Below, piece by piece: positions 40,469 through 52,916 of a stretch of DNA of 63,059 bases. The stretch comes from Octopus sinensis (Eukaryota). Where the stretch lies: NCBI RefSeq assembly GCF_006345805.1, contig NW_021832143.1:1-63059 (forward strand). Direction: 5' to 3'. Below the pieces are notes generated by a model. It made no database searches and had not been told where the DNA came from. It saw nothing but the letters and a program-made list of their open reading frames with translations. Each line of letters opens with the position of its first letter. Within the stretch, counting starts at the first letter, position 1. A program made the translations under genes and the position numbers.

Positions 40469-40829
40469 CAAGTACCATATTATTATTGTGACCAATATCA
40501 TTAACTTACCTCATATTACTAACGTTGTGCCAAAATTTTAAACCAATATTTTTCTGATTAGCAATTTTGTTATTATATCTAGCAATTACTTTTGTTATGT
40601 CCGTTATTATGCGGTTGATGTTAATATCGCCATTGCTATTTTTCGTTATTATCAAAGTTTTTTCAGATATCTTTTATTATTGTAGTCTGTGGTTGTTTAT
40701 TATTGTTGCTAATAACATCATTACCGTTTTTCCAATTGCCAATTATTTGTTCTTACGACTATGAATAATATTCTCTGTTGTTGCTATGATAGATTGCCAT
40801 TTTTCAAATAACAGCCATGTTTGTATTAT

Positions 40830-40876
40830 CATTATTATTGTAATTATTATTATCATTATTATTATTGTTATTATTA

Positions 40877-40940
<64 letters not shown>

Positions 40941-40965
40941 CATCATCATCATCATCATCATCACC
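40830..40965. repeat. (ATT)n/(ATC)n microsatellite
   Basis: Directly visible. Confidence 0.95.
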
Positions 40966-41387
40966 ATTGTATTTATGCTGCCATTATTATTACCATTATT
41001 TTATCGTATATGATGTGATGCTTATTAGCGATATTTTTTTGGTTTTGTTCTTGCGGATATTCTTAATCCCGCCGGCCTTATTAGTGTTCTCAATATTATT
41101 GTCGCAATGGAACATTCTAATCCTATGGGGGGTGAGTGGATGTTGCTGGCAATGTATTTAGTATTATTAGAAAAACTTAGAAATAATTATTTTCATCAAT
41201 GCTGAGTTTACAATAGCTGTGACATTATCATTGTTGTTGTTGTTGTTGTTTTTGTTGTTCTTAGCGGCAAGCGGGCAGAATTGTTAACGCGCTGGACGAA
41301 ATGCCTAGCAGTATTTCGTCTGCCGTTACGTTCTGATTTCAGTAGAGTAAAATACTATTTTATAGTAGCTGAAAATCTTCACCAGCT

Positions 41388-41426
41388 GTTGTTACATAGA
41401 TTTCATGTAGCCGTTCATCAGACAAC
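41388..41426 (-). ncRNA. Minimal type-I hammerhead motif
   Basis: Minus strand gttgt-CUGAUGA-acg-gcta-cat-GAAA-U-CUAU-G-UA-acaac; 5-bp stem I, intact core, one C.A mismatch in stem II. Confidence 0.65.
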
Positions 41427-41443
41427 GAGACAGTGGTGAAACC

Positions 41444-41513
<70 letters not shown>

Positions 41514-41640
41514 GAGAGAGAGAAATACATATACATATATATACATATACAGATATATACAATATATATATATATATATATAATTATATATTATATATAC
41601 ATATATATATATCTATATATACACTATATATATATATATA

Positions 41641-41702
<62 letters not shown>

Positions 41703-43941
41703 TTGTATAATGTGAGAGACAAATTTGTCTGAAATAACAGATGAAGCAATTTAACATTACAACAACATTAGCCTACGATGCGATATTAGAAACAATTACA
41801 AGACTCAAAATTGACTTTTTTTTTTCGTTTTTTTTTTCTTGTAACATCAATGGCGCTGAAACCTCAGACGAGCGACAGACGAGAATCAACAACAGCATCA
41901 GAATATATACACGCTCCGCATTATGTGAATGTTACTGCCTCGAACATTTGTATGTGAGTATGCACTGACAGTTGTGTATGTGTACGGGTTTTTGGGGGTA
42001 TATATGAATGTATTATTAGGAATAATCTAAAATATGACACAATATATGAATAAATTCTATATACGATTATATATATTTTGATATGGAAATTTGCTTATTT
42101 ATATATTCAGCGGATAGTAGTGTTGTGTGTTTTGTCGTACAATTCAGCAAAAATCTACTCTTTTGAATTATTCATTTGCCTGAAATAAGCTACGAAATAT
42201 ATATATTTGTGTGTATGAGTGGTGTGTATTTATGTACGTCTATGTGTACATACATATGTATAAATAAATATGTATGCATATATTCATTTCATTTTTATTC
42301 CAGCTGAAAGCTAAATACGTAACGAAATAAAACTACTTTTCGTCTTACGTATCGTCATTGCTACGAGAAAACTTCCCTAGGTGTAGAATTTCAGAACAAC
42401 GACGATTCTGTCGATTAAATGGCGATTAAGGTTAAATCATAATATGAAAGGGAACTTTTCTAATTTTGAGAATGATGTTATTAGAGACATCTTAATTTTT
42501 AAGAAATTTGATAACAGCATCTATCTTAATTTATATATTATTGGGAATATAAAATTGTTATATTATTAACATGAATTAAATATATATGTATTAATTATAT
42601 ATATATTAGTAATATTTTTAGTAATGAAATGTAGCATATGGTGATGACGCTGACGTTATTAGCAGCGTTTAGCGTTTAGGAATTTTTTAATGGAGACAAC
42701 ATCTTCAAAGGAGGTAGCATGAAATTTGGTATTTTTGGTTATTGATTAATATATGCAAATTGCTGGTATATTTAAAACGACTATATTTGAATATTTAATG
42801 TAGTGGTGGCATATAATTAAACATGAAATAACAATATCTAGGTTTCAGGTAATTTGAAACAAGCAAATAAAACATCTATCACGACTAGTATTTGTTTACG
42901 CCATGAGATGTTCCACAGTTGCTTTTGTTTATGCGTTTGTTGACGAATAAACAAAGGTAAATTATGTAAATAATTATGCAAATATAGTGTTGGCGAATAT
43001 GTTAAGAAAATCCGATATTCCTACCAAATATCAAACACAGGGCCTTCGAGCCAGAATGCAGTAAGAAATACATAATGATATTTCATAAAATATCCAAACG
43101 AGAATATGTAAGTTAGTACCATTTTGGCATTATTCGTAATGATTTCAAAATCTGGCAGAAACGCATGAAATTTAGTGGGAAGGTAACCCAAGCACGCAAC
43201 GGGTATGTATTTTATGGAACCCGTACTAACTAAAAGCAAAGATTTCGGCAGCCACCAAGAACTCCCTCGGAGCATTTTCCTCGAAACGGTATCGATTCTT
43301 CCGGTTGACCAGATTAGGATCATACACAAACAATATATACATACACACACACAAACAAACAAATAAATAATTCATACAGATACGCACTCATACATTCAAA
43401 TACATACCCACACATACATACACATACATATATATAAACAAACATACTATCTGACAGTTTTCTTGCTATATAGATACGATAAATTTCGGTCATTATGGTT
43501 TTAATAATTAAATTTTGTTTTTGTGTGATTTTAATTTAATTTCTGTCATATTATGCTTATAGAACTTAAATTCGACCCAGACACACATAATTCCCCTTCC
43601 TATTCTTTTTAATTAGTTTTTCAACGTTAGATGCTATAAAATAATGTTTCTAGTATTATCAAGGACAAACAATTTGGTATCTGAGGTAGTAAGAATTTTT
43701 TTATATTCTCTGGTTTACAATATTTTAAATAATTATTCCTAAACTTAACATTTTACAATTAACGACATATTCATGGCAAGCAGCACTTCCATAAACTCAC
43801 AAAGTAAAAACAAATTTTGGGGATAAAAGTTTAATTCCTAAAATATATGTTGATCAACACCCAAGCATTCACTTCTTGGGGGAATGTATGCCATCACTAT
43901 TTTAGGTATTACTATTGTAGTATTATATTAGCAATACAGTA

Positions 43942-44328
43942 ATCTCTCTCTATATAAAGCTGAAGTTGTTTGTGTATGGCCCGTTTGGTAGCCTTCAACG
44001 AACACTATCCCCTCCGAGACCCTGCGGCGCAAGTTGACCAAAATTAAGAATATGATAGAAGGCTTGTTCTTCCTTTCGTAGAAGAAAAAATTCAAATCGG
44101 ACCATGTTAGCACCAAAAATTCTTTACATTAGATGGTGCTTTTTTCTATGAAAATCCCTATTTTTACGATTTTTTGACTGCTGTTTCGTCATTTTTCGGT
44201 GTATTTCAACCAGAAAAATGTTCACCTCAAGAGAATAACAAGCTACACAATGCGAAATTTTTACTTTTCAAAATTCCAATTCTAAAGGATCGAAACAAAC
44301 CCGAGCAACGCCGGGCGATACTGCTACT
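43942..44328 (-). mobile_element. Helentron-INE/Lep1-like non-autonomous rolling-circle element
   Basis: Reverse-complement homolog of 58366-58754; subterminal hairpin cccggcgttgctcggg and end ctttatatagagagagat. The classification rests on structural resemblance. Confidence 0.65.
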
Positions 44329-44358
44329 ATGGTTTTATAATAATATTAGCTGAATGCT

Positions 44359-44585
44359 GTGTGGAGGCGCAATCGTAGAACGCTCGGCAAAACGCTTGGC
44401 AGCAATTCGTTCGTCCTTATGTGCTGAGTTCAATTTACTCCGAGGTCGACGTTAGATTTCAGCTTTTCGGGTTTATAAAATAGTTACCAGTTGAGTATTG
44501 GCGGTGGGTGGGAGGTCGATGTAATCCACTTACATCTTCCTTCAAGACTGCTAGCGGTGTACCAAAATCTGTAACCAATATAAAT
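44359..44585 (+). mobile_element. Diverged SINE family A monomer
   Basis: gctgagttcaattt..ccgaggtcgac..cttttcgggtttataaaatagttaccag..gtcgatgtaatc. Confidence 0.75.
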
Positions 44586-44791
44586 GTTGTTACTTCCATA
44601 AGGGTATTTTGAAATGATAATTTCTCATTGATTTCTTAGGTATTTTTCACCCGCAACATTTGAGCCGCCAAAAAATTTCTCGAAATTTTATACTCATGTA
44701 TTCAGAAATTTTGTCTTCTTTTGTGATTACCCTGAGTATATACAAGATGTAGTTCTGGGATATATTTTGGATTTAATAGTCAGTTCTCAAA

Positions 44792-45150
44792 GGGCGGCGA
44801 ACTGGCAGAAACGTTAGAACGCCGGGCGAGATGCTTAGCAGTATTTCGTCAGCCGCTACGTTCTCAGTTCAAATTCCGCCGAGGTCGACTTTGCCTTTCG
44901 TCCTTTCGGGGTCGATTAAATAAGTACCAGTCACGCACTGGGGTCGATGTAATCGACTTAATCCGTTTGTCTGTCCTTGTTTGTCCTCTCCGTGTTTAGC
45001 CCCTTGTAGGTAGTAAAGAAATAGGTATTTCGTCCGTCGTGGTCGACTTTGCCTTTTATCATTTCGTGATGGATAAATTAAGTACTAGCGACACACTGTG
45101 GTCGATGTAATCGACTAGTCTCCTCACCCCCAAATTTCCGGCCTTCGTTA
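44792..45150 (+). mobile_element. SINE family A dimer (head+core+tail1+core+tail2)
   Basis: Intact head gggcggcgaactggcagaaacgttagaacgccgggcg; junction aaagaaata|ggtatttcgtc at about 45022. Confidence 0.93.
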
Positions 45151-45338
45151 GTCAATTCTGTTTGGTTGTCGACTTCGATAATATATAATTGGTCTGTATA
45201 GTTATGATAGGATCCGTCTACACTGACATATTTTTACGTTGATTTAACCCTCCAGGTAAAGTAAAATTTCTGATCACGATCCACATTTTGAGGTTGGCTG
45301 CTCATGGGCCAGATTCATTTGCGCATTTGTTTTGGCAG

Positions 45339-45524
45339 ACAAGTTTTCAACCAACGAGACATCGAGCCTGCGAAATCTTCTCTCGGAATGTAATGATTCG
45401 AAAAGACACACCGCTGTGCGTTTTCCTGTTGATCGAATAAATACACCAAAAGAGATTGATCTCATATATAAAAAGATTAGCGGCATACTTCGCTCAACTT
45501 TAGATAACTTTGATATTATCTACA
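45339..45524 (+). CDS. Candidate 186-nt phase-1/1 exon (DKFSTNETSSLRNLLSECNDSKRHTAVRFPVDRINTPKEIDLIYKKISGILRSTLDNFDIIY)
   Basis: Acceptor tttgttttggcag|, donor ACA|gtgagc; open, non-repetitive, length divisible by 3. Product not recognised. Confidence 0.3.
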
Positions 45525-46065
45525 GTGAGCAGGTCTATGATCAAAGATGTTGCTTTCTGTTATCATTCTAGTCGCAGCTCGGATGCATTATAGGAATATT
45601 AAATCTAACCTAGCATTTGAAAGTTGCATTCATGTACAGTATTAGATTTATATATTTATGATGTCACCTAGATATAAATGGAGGTATGATAGAAAACAAA
45701 TCACCTTTGATCATACGCGGCTCAACAACTAAAAAGTTTATTTAATAGACATAACGTCAAAGTTATCTTCAGTTTCATAATTAATATCGGGAATATTACA
45801 TGCATTGCGGTTTCATGGTAAAATCGGTAACATAGCGATTGAAATAAAGAAATGACTAGAAATTATTTGGTTCCATCTCATTATTTTTTCAGTTCAAATA
45901 TATCTGCGTCTTATTTTAAAGAAAGTAGAACATTATTTAAGAGAGATTTGGTTGCTATTATTTAAGAAATCATGTAAAATAGACGTTTTCTCAGTCGTTG
46001 AATCAGTTGCAAACTTAATGGGTAAAATTCTTAAACTAACAGAAATTATTACTGTTTAATATTTT

Positions 46066-46295
46066 TATTTGTTTACTACTCACAAGGGGCTAAACACAGA
46101 GAGGACAAGCAAGGACAGATAAACGGATTAAGTCGATTATATCCACCCCAGTGCGTAACTGGTACTTATTTACTCGACCGCGAAAGGATGAAAGACAAAG
46201 TAGACCTCGGCGGAATTTGAACTCAGAACGAAGCGGCAGACGAAATACTGCTAAGCATCTCGCTCGGCGTGCTATCGTTTCTGCCAGCTCGCCGC
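46066..46295 (-). mobile_element. SINE family A (head+core+tail1)
   Basis: Reverse complement of gcggcgagctggcagaaacgatagcacgccgagcgagatgcttagcagtatttcgtctg... Confidence 0.93.
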
Positions 46296-46311
46296 GTTCC
46301 ATATGTAAATT

Positions 46312-46630
46312 GTGAAGACGCGTGACTTAGTGGTTAGGGTGTTCGGCTCACAATCGTATGGACACGGGTCGATTCTAGGCGTGCGTTGTGCCCTTAACAA
46401 GACATTTTATTTCACGGTGCTCCAGTACATTTAACTGGCAAAAATGAGTAGAACCTGTATTTCAAATGGTCAGGCTTGTCACATTCTGTGTCACGCTGAT
46501 TCTCTCTGAGAAGTATGTGAAGGGGAACGCATGTCTGTGGAGTACTCTGCCACTTGCACGTTAATCTCACGAGCAAGCTGTTCCGTTGATCGTATCAGCT
46601 GGGACCCTTTTCGTCGAAACCGACGGAGTA
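46312..46630 (+). mobile_element. tRNA-derived CORE-like SINE family D
   Basis: Head gtgacttagtggttagggtgttcggctcacaatcgt..gggtcgattc; CORE-like gttgtgcccttaacaagacattttatttcac; distinct 3' body. Confidence 0.8.
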
Positions 46631-47058
46631 CACTTATTATATTGTGTAAATTGTGTAACTAGTGTCTCATGAAGCAAATATAATATTCGCTGAACATGGA
46701 TGTGTGTGTGTGTGTAATGTATGTCCGTGTGTATGTGTGTGAATACCTATTAAAGTGTCTTAAACGATCCCGATCGTGTGACGCGACACAATTACGTTTA
46801 AGTCTTAAGTTGTCCCCGAAATTTTAAAACAGTCTGCGTGTAAGCATGAATGATTTCAGATATATTTCACTGCTTTTTCTAGCAGACAGACTCAAGACGC
46901 CGGAAAACGCTCATTTAATTAACATCGAGGGAAATATGATTAATTCTATAGAAATCTATCGATCGCTTTCTGCATATACATATACATATATACATATATA
47001 TACATATACATATACTATATATAATACATATATATATATATATATATAGATATATATA

Positions 47059-47115
<57 letters not shown>

Positions 47116-47154
47116 CATACATACACGCACAAACAAACACACAGACACATACAC

Positions 47155-47193
<39 letters not shown>

Positions 47194-49426
47194 TATGTAT
47201 GTATGTATCAATGTATGTGTACATATCAATATATATTATATATATATATGTGTGTGTGGTATATATATGTATATACATGTATACATATATTTTAAAGCGT
47301 ACATATACGCATATGTATATATATGTGTATATAGGTATATATGTGTCTACACATGTGTATATATATATATGTGTGTATTTGTACATGCTTACATATATAT
47401 ATATATAAATAAATATACATACTTCAATATACATGCATATATACATATATTCATGCATATATATTTTCATATAAATGTACATGTGTATCTAAGTGTGAAG
47501 TGTGTAAATGTGTTTTGCATGTGTATGTGAGTGCGTCTGTGTATACGTGCGAAAATGCGTGTGAGGCAACCCCGTTAATAAACGCTAGACTGAACTCAAT
47601 TATATTTCAATTTCGATGTCGGCTGCACCTATTTTCACACGTGAATGAGATTCAATCTGCTCTGCTAAGATTCAAACCTGCTGCTTTCGAATAATTAGCA
47701 GCTCCGTTGGAATGGATTTCTGTTATGCAATATTCCACTCCAGCTTCTATTAAGAAAAGTAATAAAATTGATTCCTTAATGGACGACCACATTGCCTGTG
47801 ATAGCTTTCGTTCATTTTTATATTTCATGAGCTACACTTAAATTAACGCATATAAATATATATAAGTGTGTGTGTGAGACAGAGAGAGACAGACAGACAG
47901 AGTGAGATTACGATTGCTGTTGTTGTTATTGTAGTTGCTGATGTGGTTACTGTTTCACTTTATGACATATGTGAAGAACTGGAATTTCTAGTCACCATTT
48001 GTGCGCAGAAATCATTAGTTGCAGCAAAATGTTTCAGTAGCAAAAATTATATCTGTATTGAACATATTATGGAATGAGGCATGGCTTTGTGGTTAAGAAG
48101 CTACACTTTGCAATTACAAGCTTTCCGGTTCAAGCCCACATGTATATATGTATATATTATATATATATATATATATGTACAGACGTATCTTCTACTGGAA
48201 TCCCATACTAATGCCTTGCTTTTGGTAGCCAATTAGGTAAACGGAATTATGTGTGTGTATGTAGGCGGGTGTATGTGTCTTTGTGCATTTGTGCGGGTAT
48301 GTTTGTATGTGTGTACATGTGGTGTGTGTGTATGTGTGCCTCTAAGTATATATATATATCTTGCAATTGTTTTTTGCTACGAACTACGTTACCGTTGTAG
48401 AGATTCATTCCTTAAATAGATCTAAATTAATTCTTCTGTGCGTAGAGGGAATTAAGTGACCGTATGTACATAAAAGGCATTCGTCTGCCGAAAAAGACTT
48501 AAGATTGCTGTCTTCACTATGACTCTTATGTTCATTTAAGGTAAATGTCACTGAGAAAGTCTTATACAGTTTAATACCAGTGTCGAGGAGAGCCTTGCTG
48601 TGAGATCAAAAATAATCGGAACAAATACGGGAAGACATCTGGCTAAATTCTCGAAGGGATCTTAGGATGCGTTTCTCTTTTATCGATGCTGAAAGGAAGA
48701 AACGTAAAGTCGACTTCGTCGTGATTTGAAATCGTTTCGCTGATACCGAGAAACATTTCAGTTACCGCACGAGCGAATCATTTAATTTGTGGAGCAGTTT
48801 ACTTTGATTATGAATGTGGGGTCAAAATTAAATATCGTCAAATAAGGTAACCTATTGCGACCTCTAGCATACATGGCACCATTGAAGTAGACAGCTGTTT
48901 GATCGATGTATGTAGCGACTGGATATTTGCGTTTTTGACAAACAAGATTGGTTAAACCGAGTGAAGACAATATTTCTTGTCTCAGTTTGTGGAGAGATTC
49001 CAAAGTTTGTCGTGTTCTGTTTCGAGTTGCAGCTGGACGATGTCTCTACACAGAAGTTGATAGAAGAACAGTGGAAAATAGTATTATGCTTATGACTTGG
49101 ACATTTTTTAAAGAAGCGACAAGAATTTCCTCGGTAATACGTCGAAGAAATATTCTGAAAAATATATAATTGAACCTGGAGGCGAGAAATTAAAAGGTGC
49201 TTGCTCTGCTGATGCAGACTGTTTAGGAAGTGTCTGAAATAACATCTGATTAAAATGATCAGACCAATAGGCAGCTGCTGTAGCCAGGATATATAAGTAC
49301 CTCATAAATTCAAATTCTCAAGGTGACAAAGAAAGGACGTCGATAGCTGAATATCTGAAATATCTGAAAAGTCTCTATGGCAAGTCACATGTGTGTGTGT
49401 GTGTATGTGTGTGTGTGTGTGTGGTA

Positions 49427-49968
49427 CGAGTGTGAGTCAAAAAGTAATGCCATTTTCTTAGGGCAGGTATCATACATCAACACGTGTATCATACTCAAAA
49501 TGAAGCTGGTCCTCTGTGGATCACATCCCTACTTCTCTACATAGTCACCGTTTCTCTCAATAGCAATGTTCCACCTTCGAATGAGAGCATGTATCCCTGC
49601 CCCGTAAAATTCTGTTGACTGTTCTTTGAGCCACTTCTTCCCTACCACCACACTCACCAGATTTAGTACCTTCAGACTATCATCTCTTCGGCGCCATCAT
49701 CTCTTCGGCAAATATTATTCGAGTGACGAGGAAGTGAAAACTGTGGTGAAGAAGTGACTCAAAGTGAACAGTCAACAGAATTTTACGGGGCAGGGATACA
49801 CGCTGTCATTCGAAGGTGGAACATTGCGATTGAGAGAAACGGTGACTATGTCGAGAAGTAGGGATGTGATCCACAGAGGACCAGCTTCATTTTGATGTAT
49901 GATACATGTTCCTGTGTTGGTATCTATACTTCCCTTAAACAAAATGACATTACTTTTGACTCAGCTCG
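49427..49968. mobile_element. Mariner-derived fold-back element: two inverted copies of the transposon 3' end
   Basis: Arms about 49427-49640 and 49748-49968 are imperfect reverse complements; TA at both ends; spacer and right arm encode PPHSPDLVPSDYHLFG..EEVKTVVKK..GIHAVIRRWNIAIERNGDYVEK*. Confidence 0.92.
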
Positions 49969-50234
49969 TATATATATATATATATATAATATATATATAT
50001 ATATATAATATATATATATATATAATGTGAAATAGAAAGATGAATAATCTTGTAGTGGATTAATCAAAAGTTTAACCGATACCTTAGTAGCAAAAATCAC
50101 AGCAGTGAACAGCACGGTTGGAGGTACAACCATCTGGCGTTGCAACCGTGCGTTGGTGCGATAATTGAAATTAAAACCATTATTGGTGAATTGAAGAAAT
50201 GGAGCTGAACGCAGATTGAACAGAAATCGTTTTA

Positions 50235-50322
50235 TTTCATTCTACACGTGTTTCGAAAGGCACAAATTACCAAAATCCGATTGAATAATGGGACCATATT
50301 GTGTTTCTCTTCAGGAAGAAAA
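50235..50322 (-). ncRNA. Hammerhead motif (minus-strand copy, canonical G10.1-C11.1)
   Basis: CUGAAGA 50314-50308; stem II gaaa-cacaa/ttgtg-cc-tttc; GAAA 50254-50251; C-ACGU-G; UA site after 50243. Confidence 0.75.
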
Positions 50323-50350
50323 AAGGAAATCCGTTCCAACGGATTTCCTT

Positions 50351-50438
50351 TTTTCTTCCTGAAGAAAGACACAATATGGTCCCATTATTCAATCGGATTT
50401 TGGTAATTTGTGCCTTTCGAAACACGTGTAGAATGAAA
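50351..50438 (+). ncRNA. Hammerhead motif (plus-strand copy)
   Basis: Stem I ttttcttc/gaatgaaa; CUGAAGA 50359-50365; GAAA 50419-50422; C-ACGU-G (palindromic); UA site after 50430; A.C mismatch at the base of stem II. Confidence 0.72.
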
Positions 50439-50491
50439 TAAAACGATTTCTGTTCAATCTGCGTTCAGCTCCATTTCTTCAATTCACCAAT

Positions 50492-50522
<31 letters not shown>

Positions 50523-52916
50523 CGCCCGCGCGCGTGTGTGTATTTAATGTAAACAGCAGTTTGCAAAAAGAAGAATGATAATTGTCCCTAAATGTGACTA
50601 GGGTTTTAGAAAACACATATTGCTAGAAATAAGAGCTAAACCGCTTTAATGTTGTAGTTGATGCTGCTTCTCCACTCATTCCTCTTACATCGTCATCATC
50701 ATCTCTTTATCATCATTTCGTCATCATCATCATCCTCATCTTCTTCTTTTTCTTATACTTCTCCCCGTTGATCTCCTCCACCCCTCATCCTTCTTCTCTC
50801 CACCTCCGCCTCTCCCTTCTTATTCTGCTTCTTCCTCTCCTTCTCCCCCATCTTCTCGTCGTCGCAATTTCTGGGTCACAGCAGCAATATACATGCTCAG
50901 CTTTCTCCTCATACGCCAGGCTGAATCGGCCAAAGAAATTTCGTTTTAGGAATATCACTGCCCAAGGAATAAACCTCTATTTAACCTTTCATTCATTCCA
51001 TAGCAAAACTAAACAACCATCGTCGAGACCGACAGAGAATTCACGGGTGTTTTGTTATTATCAAATTTCCTACACTTAATAGCTAAATTCTATATCTAAT
51101 TTCCCATACCTTTATAAAATATGCAACTTCCATAACAACATAACATAAATTTCCCTTTGATGTGATGTGCTGTGATGTTTTAGATGTGCCGTGGTGTCGC
51201 GAGGCTTGACCTGTCCTGTCCTGTTCTGGTCTGTTCTATAACATTAAAAAAAAAAGATCATTCAAATATCTAAATCATGACTCCAAGATTTAATATGTAT
51301 GTTAGATTCAACAGAATCTTTTGATCAATCTAAGATTATTGGACATAATCAACCGGCAAAATAAATAAATAATAATTATTTAATTAAAAAGAAAAATCTT
51401 ATAAATTAGAAAATTCTGTGTTGGAATACTTAAGTTAATGGCGCTGGTTGTGATTAGAAATTATTAAAAGTAAGCGAGAGGAAAAAATCTTTATAAGTTG
51501 CTCGATTGCTTTCAGTTGGTGATTATATCGCTTTCAATTTAACCCCGCCCATACAAAGCTCTGAAAAAATATGTAATTAATTCAATAAAATTTAATTAAA
51601 ACACTCATTGTAATTAATTAATTAATTTCATTAAGGACATATTTATTAATTGATTTATTGAAACGAATTCAACGAATACAGCCACAGCCTCATTATTCCC
51701 GCATGTACGTGCACAAGCATGGCCACGCACATGGATACACAGTCACGTACACAGACATACACACACACACAAGCACACATATATGGACACACACACGCAC
51801 ACTCACACACACAGAGCTACTAACTACTTCACGTTTCCAGTATTCACTACACACGGTGAAATGATAACGTATCTTGCTTATGAGTATATATATATGCATA
51901 TACATACATACATATATATATATATAAGCACACACACACATATATATATACATAAATATACATATATATATATACATATATATATATATACATACATATA
52001 TATATATATATTATAACATACATATATATATATATATAATATTATACGTACATACCCGCGAATACACACATGTTTCCCTATATACATACATATGTATGTG
52101 TGTGTGTGTGTGTGTGTGTGTTTGTGCGTATAAATATGTATGCAACCCCCGACACATATATAACTCCTAAATTGTGTTTCTTTGTTTCATCCTATTTCAA
52201 CTGGACAAGGGAGACGCATTGTTGTCTGTCTCCTGTCCAAGCTTCTTTCTTCGCGTTCGCCACCACAATCTCGTTCAGACTTAGCAGCTCTTCCTGCTTG
52301 TTTTCACTGTCCTGTTTTTGTCACCAATTATCACCCTCCGCAAAATCACAAAATTTTTCATGACTGGGCAAGTTAGGTTGCAGAAAACCCAAAGACAGCA
52401 ATTCTAATCTCTTCTACCTTTGCGGCCCGCGTAACCGTACAAGTTCCCCTTCCAGAAAACCGTGTAATAATACAAAGATATAGGCCAAAATATTTCGCGT
52501 ACCAATCCAAAATTTAAAGACATAAACATCGAGCTGAAACTAAACATTTGAAATCACATTCGGTGTTGATCTGCGAAGCTGGAATATTTTATTGGCTTTT
52601 CATACCCAAATTGGTTTGCATATATATGTAACCGGATAGGAATTAATGGATAACATAAACCAAAGCGGGAATTAAGTAATCGCTTTTATTTGATTAGAGC
52701 TGGTTATTACAGGCGATGTCGCAGGGACACTCAACTCCGAGTCCATTGACCTTTTCTCAAGGCTGAATAGGAAGAAACTGTAAACATACATACACCACTA
52801 CTATATATGTATATATATATATGTTTGTGTGTGCTTCTCTGTGTGTGTGTGTGTGTGTGTGTACATATATATGCGTCAAAGATATATAAATAATTTTAGT
52901 ATTGGTATTAAAATTA

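Larger units (their letters stand above)
50178..50495. repeat. Near-perfect palindrome: 158-bp arms, 2-nt loop, 2 mismatches; one hammerhead motif per strand
   Basis: Arms 50178-50335 and 50338-50495 compared base by base; the only differences are gagaaacac versus gaaagacac. Confidence 0.97.
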
